DNA of 64,000 bases from NCBI RefSeq assembly GCF_963921235.1, contig NC_086109.1, forward strand, positions 744,001 to 808,000. The letters run 5' to 3'. The stretch comes from Mobula hypostoma. Its lineage: Eukaryota. Each line of letters opens with the position of its first letter. Position 1 is the first letter of the stretch. The notes below the pieces were generated by a model that was not told the DNA's origin, did no database searches, and saw only the letters and a list, made by a program, of their open reading frames with translations. Positions 36,746-50,640 of this stretch are shown piece after piece. The position numbers and the translations under genes are program-made.

Positions 36746-38978
36746 TAAGAACAAGATATAGGAGCAGAATTAGGCCATTTGGCCCATTGTGTCTGCTCCA
36801 CCATTTCATCATGGCTGAACCATTTCCTTCTCAGCCCCAATCTCCTACGTATTCTCCGCGTATCCCTTCATGTCTTGACTGATCAAGAATCTATCAACTT
36901 CTTCCTTAAATATCCTGAATGACTTGGTCTCCACAGCCACCTGCGGCAACAAATTCCACAGATTCACCACTCTCTGGCTAAAGAAATTCCTCTTCATCTA
37001 CATTCTAAGTGGACATCCCTCCATTCTGAGGCTGTGTGCTCTGGAGTTAGACTTCCCCATCATTGGAAACATCCTCTCCAAATCTACTCTATCGAGGCCT
37101 GTCAACATTTGATGGGTGTCAATGAGATTCCCCCCTCATTCTTCTGAATTCCAGTGAGTAAAGACCTAGAGCCATCAAACACTTTATATCCCGCTTTATG
37201 TGATAAGCCTTTCTATCCTGGAATCATTTTTTTGAATCTCCTTTGAACAACCTCCAGTGTCAGAACATCCTTTCTTAAAAAAGGGGCCCAAAACTGGTCA
37301 CAATATTCAAAATAAGGCCTCACCAGTGCCTTAACATTATATTCTTGCTTTTATATTCTAATCCTCTCGAAATCAATGGGGGCAGAAGTGTGTGAAGGTG
37401 CCATTATCAGGGAGAATGTTCTTGGAAAACTGAAAGGTCTGAAGGTCAGTAGGTCACCTGGACCAAATAGTGTACACCCCAGGGTTCTGAAAGAGTTGGC
37501 TGAAGAGATTGCGGAGGCATTAGTAATGATCTTTCAAGAATCGATTAATTCTGGCATGGTTCCGGAGGAATGGAAAACTGCAAATGTCACTCCATCTTCA
37601 AGAAGGGAGAGAGGCAGAAGGAAAGAAATTATAGGCCAGGTAGTCTGACCTGAGTGGTTGGGAAGGCATTGGAGTCAATTATTAAGGATGTGTTTTTAGG
37701 GTACTTGGAGGCACATGATAAAACAGGCTGTAGTCAAAGTTGTTTCTTTAAGGGAAAATCTTGCCTGACAAATCTGTTGAAATTCTTGGAAGAAATAACA
37801 AGCATGATAGACAAAAGAGAATTGGTGAATGTTGTGTACTTGGATTTTCAAAAAGCCTTTGACAAGGTGCCGCAACGGTAGGAGCCTCATAAGTTAAGAG
37901 CCCATGGTATTACAGGAAAGATACTAGCATTGATAGAGCATTGGCTGACTGGCAGGAGGCAAAGAGCAGGAATAAAAGGAGCCTTTTCTAGTTGATTGCT
38001 AATGACTAGTGGTGTTCCACGGGGGTCCGTGTTGGCAGCATTTCATTTTACGTAATATGTCAATGATTTGGATGAATTCAAAGGTTCAAAGGTACATTTA
38101 ATATCAGAGAAATGTATACAATATACATCCTGAAATTCTTTTTCTTCGCAACCATCCATGAAAACAGAGGGGTGCCCCGAGGAATGAATGACAGTTAAAT
38201 GTTAAAACCCCAAAATACCCCCATCTCCCCCTCCTACACATAAGGAGCAGCAAAGCAACGATCCTTCTTCCCCCACCAGCAAAATGGCATTAGCGCCCCC
38301 CACCGAGCACTCAAGCGTGCAACAAAGCATCAGTAAAGACACAGACTTGCAGTACCCCAAAGACTACTCGTTCACCCAGTAATTTATGGCTTTGTTGCCA
38401 AGTTGGTGGATCATACGAAGGTAAGTGGAGGGGCAGGTAGTTTTGAGGAAGGAAAGAGGCTATAGAAGGACTTCGATTAGTAAAACGGTCAAATAAGAAA
38501 TAAAAGTGTATACTATTTTCTAAATGGACAGGAAATTCACAAATCAGAGCTGCAAAGGGAATTGGGAGTCGTCATGTATAATTCCTGAAAGGTTAGTTTC
38601 AAGTAGTGTCGGTGGTGAGGAAGGCAAAAGTGATGTTACTATTCATTTCAAGAGGACGAAAATATAAAAGCGAGGATGTAATGTTGAGGCTTTATGAAGC
38701 ACTGGTGAGGCCTCACTTAGAGTATTGTAAGCAATTTTAGGCTCTTTTTTAAAGAAAAGATATGCTAACATTTAAGCGGGTTCAAAGGAAGGTCACGAAA
38801 ATGATTTGGTGATAGAAAGGCTTGTCATATGAAGAGTGTTTGATGGCTCTGGGCCTGTACTCACTAGAATTCAGGAGAATGAGGGGTGACCTCATTGAAA
38901 CCTATTGAATGTTGATAAGCCTCGATATGGTGGATGTGGTGAAAATGTTTCCCATGGTGGGGGAGCCTAAGACCAGAG
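36746..38978. mobile_element. two older CR1 fragments, head to head (36746-37375 minus; 37376-38978 plus, with an unrelated insert at ~38077-38385)
   Basis: GKSCLTNLLKFLEE, LDFQKAFDKVP on plus; 3' UTR and tail on minus. Confidence 0.8.
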
Positions 38979-40906
38979 GGTCAGACACAGATTGAAGCTC
39001 CCCCTTCACTATCCTACCACATACTCCCAGAGCACGGGTTAGAAACTGAGTGAAGGTCCCTCAACACTCTCCCATCACACACACCCAAGGCATTGGTTGG
39101 CCAGAGTGAAGCTCCCTCTGTATTCTCCCATTGTACACTCTCAGGGTCAAACACAGATTCAAGCTCCCTGATGCTTCCTCTACACCATTCATCACACAGT
39201 CCCAGGGCATGAGTCAGACGCAGAGTGAAGCTCCCTCTGTGCTGATCAATCACACACTCCCAGGGCATGGTTCAGACAGAGTGAAATGCCCTCTACACTG
39301 CCCCATCACACACTCCAAGGTCAAGGGCATGGGTTAAACACAGAATGAAGCATCTTCTACACTGCCCATCACACACTGCAAGGTCACAGATCAGACACAC
39401 TCCCAGTTCATGGGTGAGGTATAGAGTGAAGCTCAGTCTACATTGTACATCACACACTTCCAGGGCACAGGTCAGACACAGATTGAAGCTCCTTCTACAC
39501 TGACCATCACACACCCCTAGGGCATGGTTAAATAAAATGAAGCTCCCTCTGTACTGTCCAATCTCACACTCCTGGGATTAGATACAGAATGAGCTCCTTC
39601 AATGCTGTCCAATCACGTACCCCTAGGGCATGGGTTAGTCACAGATGAAGCTCCCTCTGTACTGTCCAATCACACTCTCCCAGGATTAGATATAGAGTGA
39701 GCTCCCTCTACACTGTCCCTTCACATACTCCCAGGGCAAAGGTTAGGCACAGAGTGAAGCTTTCTCTATGCTGTACCATCACACATTCCCAGGGCACCAG
39801 TTAGACACAGATTGAAGCTCCAGCTGTGTCGTACCATCACCCACGCCCAGGGTGAGACATAGAGTGAAGGTCTCTCTGCCTTATCCATTATACACTCCAA
39901 GGCATGTGTCAGACACAGACTGAAACTCTCCCTTCACTGTCCCATCACACACTCCCAGGGCATGTGTTAGATACAGGGTGAAGCTCCCTCTACACCATCC
40001 ATTACACTCTTCCAGAACACAGGTCAGACTCAGAGAGAATTTCCCCCTAAACTGTCTCATCACATACTCTCTGGGCACAGTTTAGAAACAGAGTGTAGTT
40101 TCCTCTACACTACTCTTCACACACTCACAGAGCATTGGTTGGACAGAATGAAGTCCCATCTGACCTGGCCCATCACAGAACCCCATGGTCAGATTCAGTC
40201 TGAAGATCCCTCCTCACACTACCAGGACATGGGTCAGACAGAGTAAAGCTGAAAATACTTTTCCATCTCACATCCCCAGGGCACAAATCAGACACGGAGT
40301 GAATCTCCCTCTATACTGTCCCATCACACACTCCCAGGGCACAGGTCAGACACAGAGTGAAACTCCCTCTACACTATCCCATCACACACTCCCAGGGAAT
40401 GGGTCAGACACAGAGTGAAACTCCCTCTACACTGTCCCATCACACACTCCCAGTGCATGGATGCAGTACAGAGAGAAGGTCCATCTACATAGTCCTGTCA
40501 CACACTCCCAAATCAGATACATTGTGAAGGTCTCTCTACACCTTCCATCACACTCTTCCAGAGCATAGGTCAGACACAGTAAAGCTGCCACTACACAGTC
40601 CCATCACATACACACAGGGGATGGGTGAGAAACTGAGTGAAGCTCCTTCTACACCAATCTTCACACAGTCCAGGGCATTGTTTAGACAGAGTGAATCTCC
40701 AATGGCACTGTCCCATCACACACTCCCGGGGTCAGACACAGAGTGAAGCTCCCTCTACACCATCCGTCACACACTCCCAGGGTATAGGTCAGAGTGATTG
40801 AAGCTCCCTCTATAGTACCTATCACACACCCCCCAGGGTTTGGGTTAGTCACAGATGAAGCTCCCTCTGTATTGTCCTAACACACAGTACCAGAATCAAA
40901 CACAGA
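38979..40906 (+). repeat. ~57-bp minisatellite array (largest block)
   Basis: more than 30 diverged units, including shorter variants. Confidence 0.92.
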
Positions 40907-43900
40907 GAAACATAGAAACATAAAAAACCTAGAGCACAATACAAGCCCTTCAGCCCACAAAGCTGTGCAGAACATGTACTTAGTTTAAAAATTACCTAAG
41001 GTTACCCATAGCCCTCTATTTTTCTAAGCTCCATGTACCTGTCCAGGAGTCTCTTAAAAGACCTTATTGTATCTGCCTCCACCACAGTCGCCGGCACCCG
41101 TTCCATGCACTCACCACTGTATGCGTAAAAAACTTACCACTGACATCCATCTGTACCTACTTAAAACTGTGCCCTCTAGTGTTAGCCATTTCAGCCCTGG
41201 GAAAAAGCCTCTGACTGTCCACACGATCAATGCTTCTCATTATCCTATACAGCTCTATCAGGTCATCTGTCATCCTCTGTCGCTCCAAGGAGAAAAGGCC
41301 AAATTCACTCAACTTATTCTCATAAGGCGTGATCCCCAATGCAGGCAACATCCTTGTAAATCTCCTCTGCACCCTTTCTATAGTTTCCACATCCTTCCTG
41401 TAGTAAGGCGACCAGAATTGAGCACAGTACTCCAAGTGGGGTCTGACCAGAGTCCGATATAGCTGCAACGTTACCTCTCGGCTCCTAAACTCAATCCCAC
41501 GGTTGATGAAGGCCAATGCACCGTATGCTTTCTTAACCACAGTGTCAACCTGCACAGCAGCTTTCAGTGTCCTATGGACTCGGATCCCCAGATCCCTCTG
41601 ATCCTCCACACTACCAAGAGTCTTACCATTAATACTATATTCTGCCATTATATTTGACCCATCAAAATGAACCACCTCACAATTACCTGGGTTGAACTCC
41701 ATCTGCCACTTCTCAGACCAGTTTTGCATCCTATCAATGTCCGGCTGTAACCTCTGACAATCCTCCACACTATCCACAACACCCTAACCTTTGTGTCATC
41801 AGCAAATTTACTAACCCATCCCTCCACTTTCTCATCCAGGTCATTTATAAAAATCATGAAGAGAAGAGGTCCCAGAACAGATCCCTGAGGCACATCACTG
41901 GTCACCAACCTCCCTGCAGAATATGACCTGTCTACAATCACTCTTTGCCCTCTGTGGGCAAGCCAATTCTGGTTCCGCAAGCAAGGTCCCCTTGGATCCC
42001 ATGCCTCCTTACTTTATCAATAAGCCTTGCATGGGGTACCTTGTCAAATGCCTTGCTGACATCCATATACACTACATCTACTGCTTTACCTTCATCAATG
42101 TGTTTAGTCACATCCTCAAAAAATTCAATCAGGCTAATAAGGCACAACCCGCCTTTCACAAAGTCATGCCGACTATTCCTAATCATATTATACCTCTCCA
42201 AATGTTCATAAAACCTGCATCTCAGGATCATCTCCATAAATTTACCAACCACTGAAGTAAGTGAAGTAAGACTCACTGGTTTATAATTTCCTGGGCTATC
42301 TCTACTCCCTTTCTTAAATAAGGGAACAACATATGGAACCCTCCAATCCTCCGGAACCTCTCCTGTCCCCATTGATGATGCAAAGATCATTGCCAGAGCC
42401 TCAGCAATCTCCTCCCTTACTTCCCACAGTAGCCTGGGGTATGTCTTGTCCAGTCCCGGTGACTTATCCAACTAGATGCTTTCCAAAAGCTCCAACACAT
42501 GCTCTTTCTTAATGTCTATATGCACGAGCTTTTCAGTCCACTGCAAGTTATCTCTACAATCGTCTAGGCCCTTTTCCATAGTGAATACTGAAGCAAAGTA
42601 TTCATTAAGTACCTCCGTTATCCCTTCCAGTTCCATAAACACTTTTCCACAGTCATGCCTGATCAGTCCTTTTCCTCTTATCCTCTTGCTCTTCACATAC
42701 TTGTAGAATGCCTTCAGGTGTTCCTTAATCCTGCTCACCAAGGCCTTCTCATGACCCCTTCTGGCTCTCCTAATTTCATTCTTAAGCTCCTTCCTGCTAG
42801 CCTTATAATTTTCTAGTTCTCTATCTTTACCTAGTTTTTTGAAACTTTCGTAAGCTTTTCTCTTCTTGACAAGATTTTCAACAGCCTTTGTACACCATAA
42901 TTCCTGTACCCTACCATCATTTCCCTGTTTCATTGGAACGTACCTATGCAGAATACTATGCAAATATCCCCTGAATATTTGCCACATTTCTGCAGTATAT
43001 TTCCCTGAGAACATCTGTTCCCATTTATGCTTCCAAGTTCCTGCCTGATTGCTTCATATTTTCCCTTACTCCAATTAAACATTTTCCTAACTTGTCTGTT
43101 CCTATCCCTCTCCAATGCTATGGTAAAGCAGACAGAATTGTGATCACTACTTCCAAAATGACCAGGTTCATTTTCCAATACCAAATCAAGTACAGCCTCT
43201 CTTTATGCTTATCTACATATTGTGTCAGGAAACCTTCCTGAACACATCTACAAACTCCACCCTATCTAAACACCTCGCTCTAGGGAGATGCCAATCAATA
43301 TTAGGGAAATTAAAATCTCCCAACCCTGTTATTATTGCATCTTTCCAGAATCCGTCTCCCTATCTGCTCCTCGATGTCCCTGTTACTATTGGGTGGTCTA
43401 TAAAAAAACACCCAGTAGAGTTATTGACCCCTTGCTGTTCCTAACTTCCACCCACAGAGATTCAGTAGACAATCCCTCCATGACTTCCTCCTTTTCTACA
43501 GCTGTGACACTATCTCTGATCAACAGTGCCATACCCCCACCTCTTTCGCCTCCATCCCTGTCCTTTCTGAAACATCTAAAGCCTGGCACTCTAAGTAGCC
43601 ATTCTTGCCCCTGAGCTATCCAAGTCTCTGTAATGGCCACAACATCACAGCTCCAAGTACTGATCCACACTCTAAATTCATTCGCTTTGTTCATGATACT
43701 CCTTGCATTAAAATAGACACATCTCAAACCATCAGTCTGAGCGTATCTCTTCTCTATCACTTGCCTATCCTTCCTCTCACACTGTCTACAAGCTTTTTCG
43801 ATTTGTGAGCCAAACGCCTCTTCCTCCATCTCTTCAGTTTGTTTCCCACCCCCCAGCAATTCTCGTTTAAACTCCCCCCAATAGCCTTAGCAAACCTTCC

Positions 43901-44990
43901 TGCCTGTATATTGGACCCCTCAGATTCAAGTGCAACCCGTCCTTTTTCTACAGGTCACTCATGCCCCAAAAGAAGTCCCAATGATCCAGAAATCTGAATC
44001 ACTGCCGCCTGCTCCAATCCCTCGGCCACGCATTTATCCTCCATCTCACTCTATTCCTATACTCACTGTCACGTGGCATAGGCAATAATCCCAAGATTAA
44101 TACCTTTGGGGTCTTGCTTCTCAATTTCCTTCCTAACTCCATGTAGTCTGTTTTCAGGACCTCCTCCCTTTTCCTACCTATGTTGTTGGTACCAATATGT
44201 ACCACGACCTCTGGCTGTTCACCTTCTCACTTCAGGATGTCGTGGACGCGATCAGAAGCATCCCGGACCCTGACAGCTGGGAGGCAAACTACCATCCGTG
44301 TTGCTTTCCTGCGTCCGCAGAATCGCCTGTCTGACCCCCTAACTAGAGAGTCCCCTATCACTGCTGCCATCCTCTTCCCTTCCCTACCCTACTGAGCCAC
44401 AGGGCCAGACTCTGCCAAAGGCATGGCCACTGTTGCTTCCCCCAGGTAGCCCGTCCCCCACAACAGTACTCAAGCAGGAGTACTTAATGTCAAGGGGTAC
44501 AGCCACGAGGGTTCTCTCTAGCCCCTGACTCCTGACCTTCCCTCTCCTGACTGTTATCCACTTATCTGTCTCCCAAGGCCCCAGTGTGACTATCTCCCTA
44601 TAGCTCATCTCTATCACCTCCTCACCCTCCCTGAGCAGACGAAGGTCATTGAGCTGCATCTCCAGTTCCCTAACCCGGTCCCTAAGGAGCTGCAGCGTGA
44701 ACGCATCTGGCACAGATGTGGCCGTCCAGGAGGCTGGGAGTCTCCCGGACATCCCACAACTGACACATAGTACAGAACACCAGACTCATAGACATACTTC
44801 CCATTCTTATCTTTCACAAGTAACTTACCCCGCCTCGACCCGTTGCCACCAAAGCGCCATTGAGCCAAAGCCCCCCTACTCTGTCTCCCTCTACTCTAGT
44901 GCCTGCTCTATAAAGCTGTCTTCGTTTTAAACTCTTCCCGCCAGTCTAACTCACTGACGTCCACGCGCCTGCGCAGTCGTTCCTCGATCA
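40907..44990 (-). mobile_element. near full-length CR1 family B (5' UTR, ORF1 with Cys motif and SGNH esterase, ORF2 EN and RT), decayed
   Basis: ORF pieces from 44868 down to 41157; [27 protein letters not shown]; agaaacatagaaacat tail. Confidence 0.93.
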
Positions 44991-45290
44991 CCTTCTACAC
45001 TATCCTATCACACACTCCCAGAGCACCGGTCAGACAAAGAATGAAGCTCCCTCTACCCTGTCCCACCACACACTCCAAGGGCACGGGTTAGACACACAAT
45101 GAAGTCCCTCTGCACTGTCCCATCACACACTCTCAAGGCATGGGTTGGATAGAGTGAAGCTCCCTCTACACTATCCTGTCACTCACTGCCAGTTCAGATG
45201 CAGTGTAAAGCTCACTCACACTTTCCAGTCGCACACTCCTAGAGCATCGGTTAGACACAAAGTTAAGCTCGCTCTACACCGACTCCCACA
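44991..45290 (+). repeat. ~57-bp minisatellite array (continuation beyond CR1-B)
   Basis: repeat resumes right after the CR1 5' end. Confidence 0.88.
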
Positions 45291-45534
45291 CTGACCTCTC
45301 TGGCTGTGATATCCTGCAGTCAACAAAATGGCCAGTGAAAGGGGCAAGAACTACACCCAGTCTCCAGGACACAAAAGTGGTACAGAGTTTGGCACTAGTG
45401 CTGCCATCCCTCTCCACCCATTGGCAATTTCTGGTGTGGCTAGCATTGTCCCAGCTGCCCAGACTAGTGAACATAGCTCATACTGTGATATACAGCAAGC
45501 GGCAAGTTACAGCAAGAAACATGTACATTGCATC

Positions 45535-46120
45535 CTTCTTCCTACCTCAGGAGGTTAAACAAATTTGGTGTGTTCCATCAAGCCTTAGCAGTTTTGATTG
45601 ATGCACCATAAAAAGCATTCTGTCTGAATATACAACAGGTGGGTATTGCAGCTACTCTGCATGTGACTGCAAGAAACGGCAGAGAGTTATGGACACAGCT
45701 CAGCACATCAAAGGAACCAGGACTCTAGGGACTCTGTGCATACCCCTTGCTGCTTCAATAAAATAGTCAGCATAATCAACCACACCACCCACACCAGTCT
45801 TCTCCCCTCTGCCATTAGGCAGAAGATACCAAAGCCTGAAAACATATACCATAAAGCACTAGAACATTGCGATCCCATTGTTATCAAACTCTTGAATGGA
45901 TGTCTTGTACCATAAGATGTACTCCTGACCTCACAGTCTACCTCATCATGTCTTGCCCTTTATCATATACCTGCACTGGACATTTTTGGCAGCTCGGTAC
46001 TGAAATTATTTTACACTTTTCAGGCTCAATGCTCTGTGTAATGATCTGATCAGTATGAACATGAGGCATAACAACCTTTTCACTCTATCTCAGCACATGT
46101 GACAACATTAAACCAATACC
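45535..46120 (+). mobile_element. old Rex1-like 3' fragment
   Basis: FLRRLNKFG...CTIKSILS...KRQRVMDTAQHI resembles the Rex1 C-terminus. Confidence 0.6.
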
Positions 46121-47620
46121 ATATCCAATGAGCTTGGGCTGTGCATGGGGATGATGATACTGGAAGGAGCTGCCCTCACTGCAGCACTGTTATCTCCACC
46201 TCTCCAGATGTCCTGCGATTGCATCACTGCCCCCGCCCCGTGCCCAACTTGGGAAAGAGGACCGAGCAATCAAAATGATTCATTCATTCCACTGGGGCAG
46301 AGGCTAACCAATTTTTATAGACCACCTAATAGTAACAGGGATATCGAGGAGCAGATAGGGAGACAGATTCTGGAAAGGTGTAATAATAACAGGGTTGTTG
46401 TGGTGGGACATTTTAGTTTCCCAAATATCAATTGGCATGTCTCTGGAGTGAGGTGTTAGATGGGGTGGAGTTAGGTGTGTTCAGGAAGGTTTCTTGACAC
46501 AATATGTAGACAAGCGTACAAGAGGAGAGGCTGTGTTTGATCTGGTACTGGAAAATGAACCTTGTCAAGTGTCAGATCTCTCAGTGGGAGGGCAATTTGG
46601 AGATAGTGATCACAATTCTATCTCTTTTACCATAGCATTGGAGAGGGATAGGAACAAACAAGTTAGGAAAGCGTTTAATTGGAGTAAGGGGAAATATGAG
46701 GCTATCAGGCAGGAACTTGGAAGCATAAATTGGGAACAGATATTCTCAGGGAAATTTACGGAAGAAATGTGGTAAATGTCCACGGGATATTTGCGTGGAG
46801 TTCTGCACAGGTACATCCCAATGAGACTGGGAAAGGATGGTAGGGTACAGGAACCGTGGTGTACAAAGACTGTTGTAAATCTAGTCAAGAAGAAAAGAAG
46901 AGCTTACGAAAGGTTCAAAAAGCTAGGTAATGATAGAGATCGAAAAGATTATAAGGCTAGCAGGAAGGAGCTCAAGAAATAAATTAGGAGAGTCAGAAAG
47001 GGCCATGAGAAGGCCTTGGCGGACAGGATTAAGGAAAACCCCAAGGCATTCTACAAGTATGTTAAGAGCAAGAGGATAAGACATGCGAGAATAGGACCAA
47101 TCAAATGTGACAGTGGAAAAGTGTATGGAACCAGAGGAAACAGCAGAAGTACTTAATGAGTACTTTGCTTCAGTATTCACTATGGAAAAGGATCTTGGCG
47201 ATTGTAGGGATGATTTACAGTGGACTGAAAAGCTTGAGCATGTAGATATTAAGAAAGAGGATGTGCTGGAGCTTTTGGAAAGCATCTAGTTGGATAAGAC
47301 AGTGGGACCAGACGAGATGTACCCCAGGTAAGGGAGGTGGGGGAGGTGAGGGAGGAGATAGCTGAGCCTCTGGCGAAGATCTTTGCAACATCAATGGGGA
47401 CAGGAGAGGTTCCGGAGGATTGGAGGGTTCCGGATGTAGTTCCGTTATTCAAGAAAGGGAGTAGAGATTGGCCAGGAAATTATAGACTAGTGAATCTTAC
47501 TTCAGTGGTTGGTAAGTTGATAGAGAAGATCCTGAGAGGCAGGATTTATGAACATTTGGAGAGGCATAATATGATTAGGAATAGTCAGCATGGTTTTGTG
47601 AAAGGCACGTCATGCCTTAT

Positions 47621-48619
47621 CAAGTCAAGTCAAGTCAACTCACTTTTTATTGTTATTTCGACCATAACTGCTGGTACAGTACACAGTAAAAACAAAACGT
47701 TTTTCAGGACCATGGTGCTACATGAAACAATACAAAAACTACACTGAACTACGTAAAAGAACACAAAAACTATACTAGACTACAAACCTACCCAGGACCG
47801 CATAAAATGCACAAAACAGTGCAAGCATTACAATAAATAATAAACAAGACAATAGGCCCAGTAGAGGGCAGTAGGTTGGTGTCAGTCCACACTCTGGGTA
47901 TTGAGGAATCTGATGGCTTGGGGGAAGAAACTGTTACATAGTCTGGTCGTGAGAGCCCAAATGCTTCAATGCCTTTTTCCAGATGGCAAGAGGGAGAAGA
48001 GTTTGTATGAGGGGTATGTAGGGTCCTTCATAATGCTGTTTGCTTTGCGGATGCAGCGTACGGTGTAAATGTCTGTAAGGCGGGAAGAGAGACCCTGATG
48101 AACTTCTCAGCTGTCCTCACTAACCGCTGCAGTGTCTTGCGATCCGAGATGGTGCAATTTCCGAACCAGGCAGTGGTACAACTGCTCAGGATGCTCTCAA
48201 TACAACCTCTGTAGAATGTGGTGATGATGTGGGGTGGGAGCTGGAATTTTCACAGCCTTCGCAGAAAGTAGAGACACTGCTGGGCTTTCTTTGCTATGGA
48301 GCTGGTGTTGAGGGACCAGGTGAGATTCTCCGCCAGGTGAACACCAAGAAATTTGGTGCTGTTAACGATCCCTACGGAGGAGTCGTCGATGTTCAGCGGA
48401 GAGTGGTCAACCCATGTCCTCCTGAAGTCAACAACAATCTCTTTTGTTTTGTTCACATTTAGAGACAGGTTGTTGGTTCTGCACCAGTCCGTTAGCCGCA
48501 GCACCTCCTTTCTGTATGCTGACTCATCGTTCTTGCTGATGAGACTGACTAAGGTCGTGTCATCGGCGAATTTGATGATGTGGTTCAAGCTGTGTGTTGC
48601 AGCACAGTCGTGGGTCACA
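47621..48619 (-). mobile_element. Rex1/Babar LINE, 5'-truncated
   Basis: (caagt)n tail, IIKFADDTT; cttat duplicated at 47616-47620 and 48620-48624; same family as 30560-33865. Confidence 0.92.
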
Positions 48620-49044
48620 CTTATGAGCCTGATTGAATTTATTGAGGATCTGACGAAAGACATTGATGAAGGTAGGGCAGCAGATGTAGTGTTTATGGAT
48701 TTGATAAAGTACCCCATGCAAGGCTTAATGATTAAGTAAGGAGGCATGGGATTCAAGGGGAAATACTTTGTGGATCCAGAACTGGCTTGCCCACAGAAGG
48801 CAAAGTGTGGTTGTAGATGGGTCATATTCTGCATGGAGGTTGGTGACCAGTGGTGTGCCTGAGGGATCTGTTCTGGGACCCCTACTCCTCGTGATTTTTA
48901 TAAATGACCTGAATGAAGACATGGAGAGATGGTTAGTAAATTTGCTGATGACACAAAGGTTGGCTGGCTTGTGGATAGTGTGGAGGGCCATTGATAAGAT
49001 GCAAAAATTGGCTGAGAAGTGGCAGATGGAATTCAACCCAGATA

Positions 49045-50640
49045 CAGGTGTCCCTCGCTTTTCGAACGTTCGCTTTACGAAACCTCACTGTTACGAAAGA
49101 CCTACATTAGTACTCTGTTTTCACTTTCAGAAGGTGTTTTCACTGTTAAGAAAAAAAATCAGCGCACGATAAAAGGCAGCGCGCGCCCTGAACAGCCGCT
49201 CTCCCCGGATTCGGAACTGCATTCTCGCCAGCATTGCTTAAACACATGCCTGTGAGCAGTCATTTGCAATATGAGTTCTATGGTATCGGAAAAGCCTAAA
49301 AGAGCTCGTAAGGGTGTTACACTTAGCGTAAAACTAGACATAATTAAGCGTTTCGATCGTGGTGAACGAAGTAAGGACAAAGTGAGTTTGGCTTGTGGAA
49401 GTTGACGAACATGATGTTGAAAAGGTTTTGGCATCCCATGACCAAGATCTGATAGATGAAGAGCTGATGCAATTGGAAGAGGAAAGGATAACAATCGAAA
49501 CCGAATGCGGTAGCGAACTGAACGTGAAGCAACTGCGTGAGATTTTTGCTGCGATGATAAAGTACGACTTTAATTTTGAAAGGGTACGTAGGTTTAGGGG
49601 ATATTTGCAAGATGGTTTGAGTCCTTGCAAAGAACTGTGTGATAGAAAAATGCACGAGGCTCAGCAGTCGAGCAAGCCTTCCACATCAGCCACAGCAGAT
49701 GACGAACCGCGACCTTCGACATCGAGGTGGGCAGTCATAGGAAAAGATGAGCTGCCTGCCCTAATGGAAACAGACGATGACGAGATGACAACCCAGTGTC
49801 CCACCACCCCAACACCCAGGCCATGGACAGATATCGATTCGCAGAGAATACAGCGGTAGCCAGGAGGCACACAGAACATCTTTAAGAAAAAAGCCGAAAT
49901 AAACATGCTAATTAATAAGATGCCGCCCGACACGTAATTGTCGGCCCAGATCAGAGACGACGCAATCAGAAATCGGCACTGATCTGGGCCGACAATTACG
50001 TGTTGGGCGGCACCTAATAATTAGCATGTTTGTTTCGGCTTTTTTCTTAAAGATGTGCTGTGTGCCTCCCGGCTACCACTGCACCCCTGCATGCTTCGCA
50101 GATCAGTATCGGTTGGTGGCCCAGAGGGTGGGGGGCCACTGCACCACCCAGACCTCTGACGACTCAGCCTAACACACCATCATTAGTGTGCTTGGCATTG
50201 TCCCGATTCCAGTAAGTGATACTACACTGTACCTACATTATTTCTACTTTATATAGGCTGTGTATTTTTATGTATTATTTGATATGATTTGGCAGCTTCA
50301 TAGCTTAAAGGTTACTGGAGAGCGCTTGCGCCGTGTTTTTGCCGACAGCGCTTGTGTGAGATTTTCGCTACGGAGAACAGCGCAGTAATGATTGTGGAAA
50401 AGTATTTCTACTTTATATAGGCTGTGTATTTATCATATCATTCCTGCTTTTACTATATGTTACTGTTATTTTAGGTTTTATGTGTTATTTGGCATGATTT
50501 GGTAGGTTATTTTTGGGTCTGCGAACGCTCACAAAATTTTCCCATGTAAATAAACGGTAATTGCTTCTTCGCTTTACGACATTCCGGCTTACGAACCGTT
50601 TCATAGGAACGCTCTACCTTCGGATGGTGGGGGAAACCTG
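49045..50640 (+). mobile_element. Tc1/mariner pogo/Tigger-type DNA transposon, non-autonomous deletion derivative
   Basis: TA TSD at 49043-44 and 50641-42; imperfect TIRs CAGGTGTCCCTC / GGGGGAAACCTG; N-terminal HTH-like RKGVTLSVKLDIIKRFDRGER joined to acidic C-terminal DVEKVLASHDQDLIDEELMQLEE; no DDE core seen. Confidence 0.88.

Noticed and set aside
36746..38978. Twin-priming inversion of a single CR1
   Set aside because: The two oppositely oriented parts cover overlapping regions of ORF2, so they are more likely separate copies.
38979..40906. CRISPR-like or tRNA-like array in the ~57-bp repeat
   Set aside because: Units diverge throughout rather than alternating constant repeat and spacer; no cloverleaf recognised.
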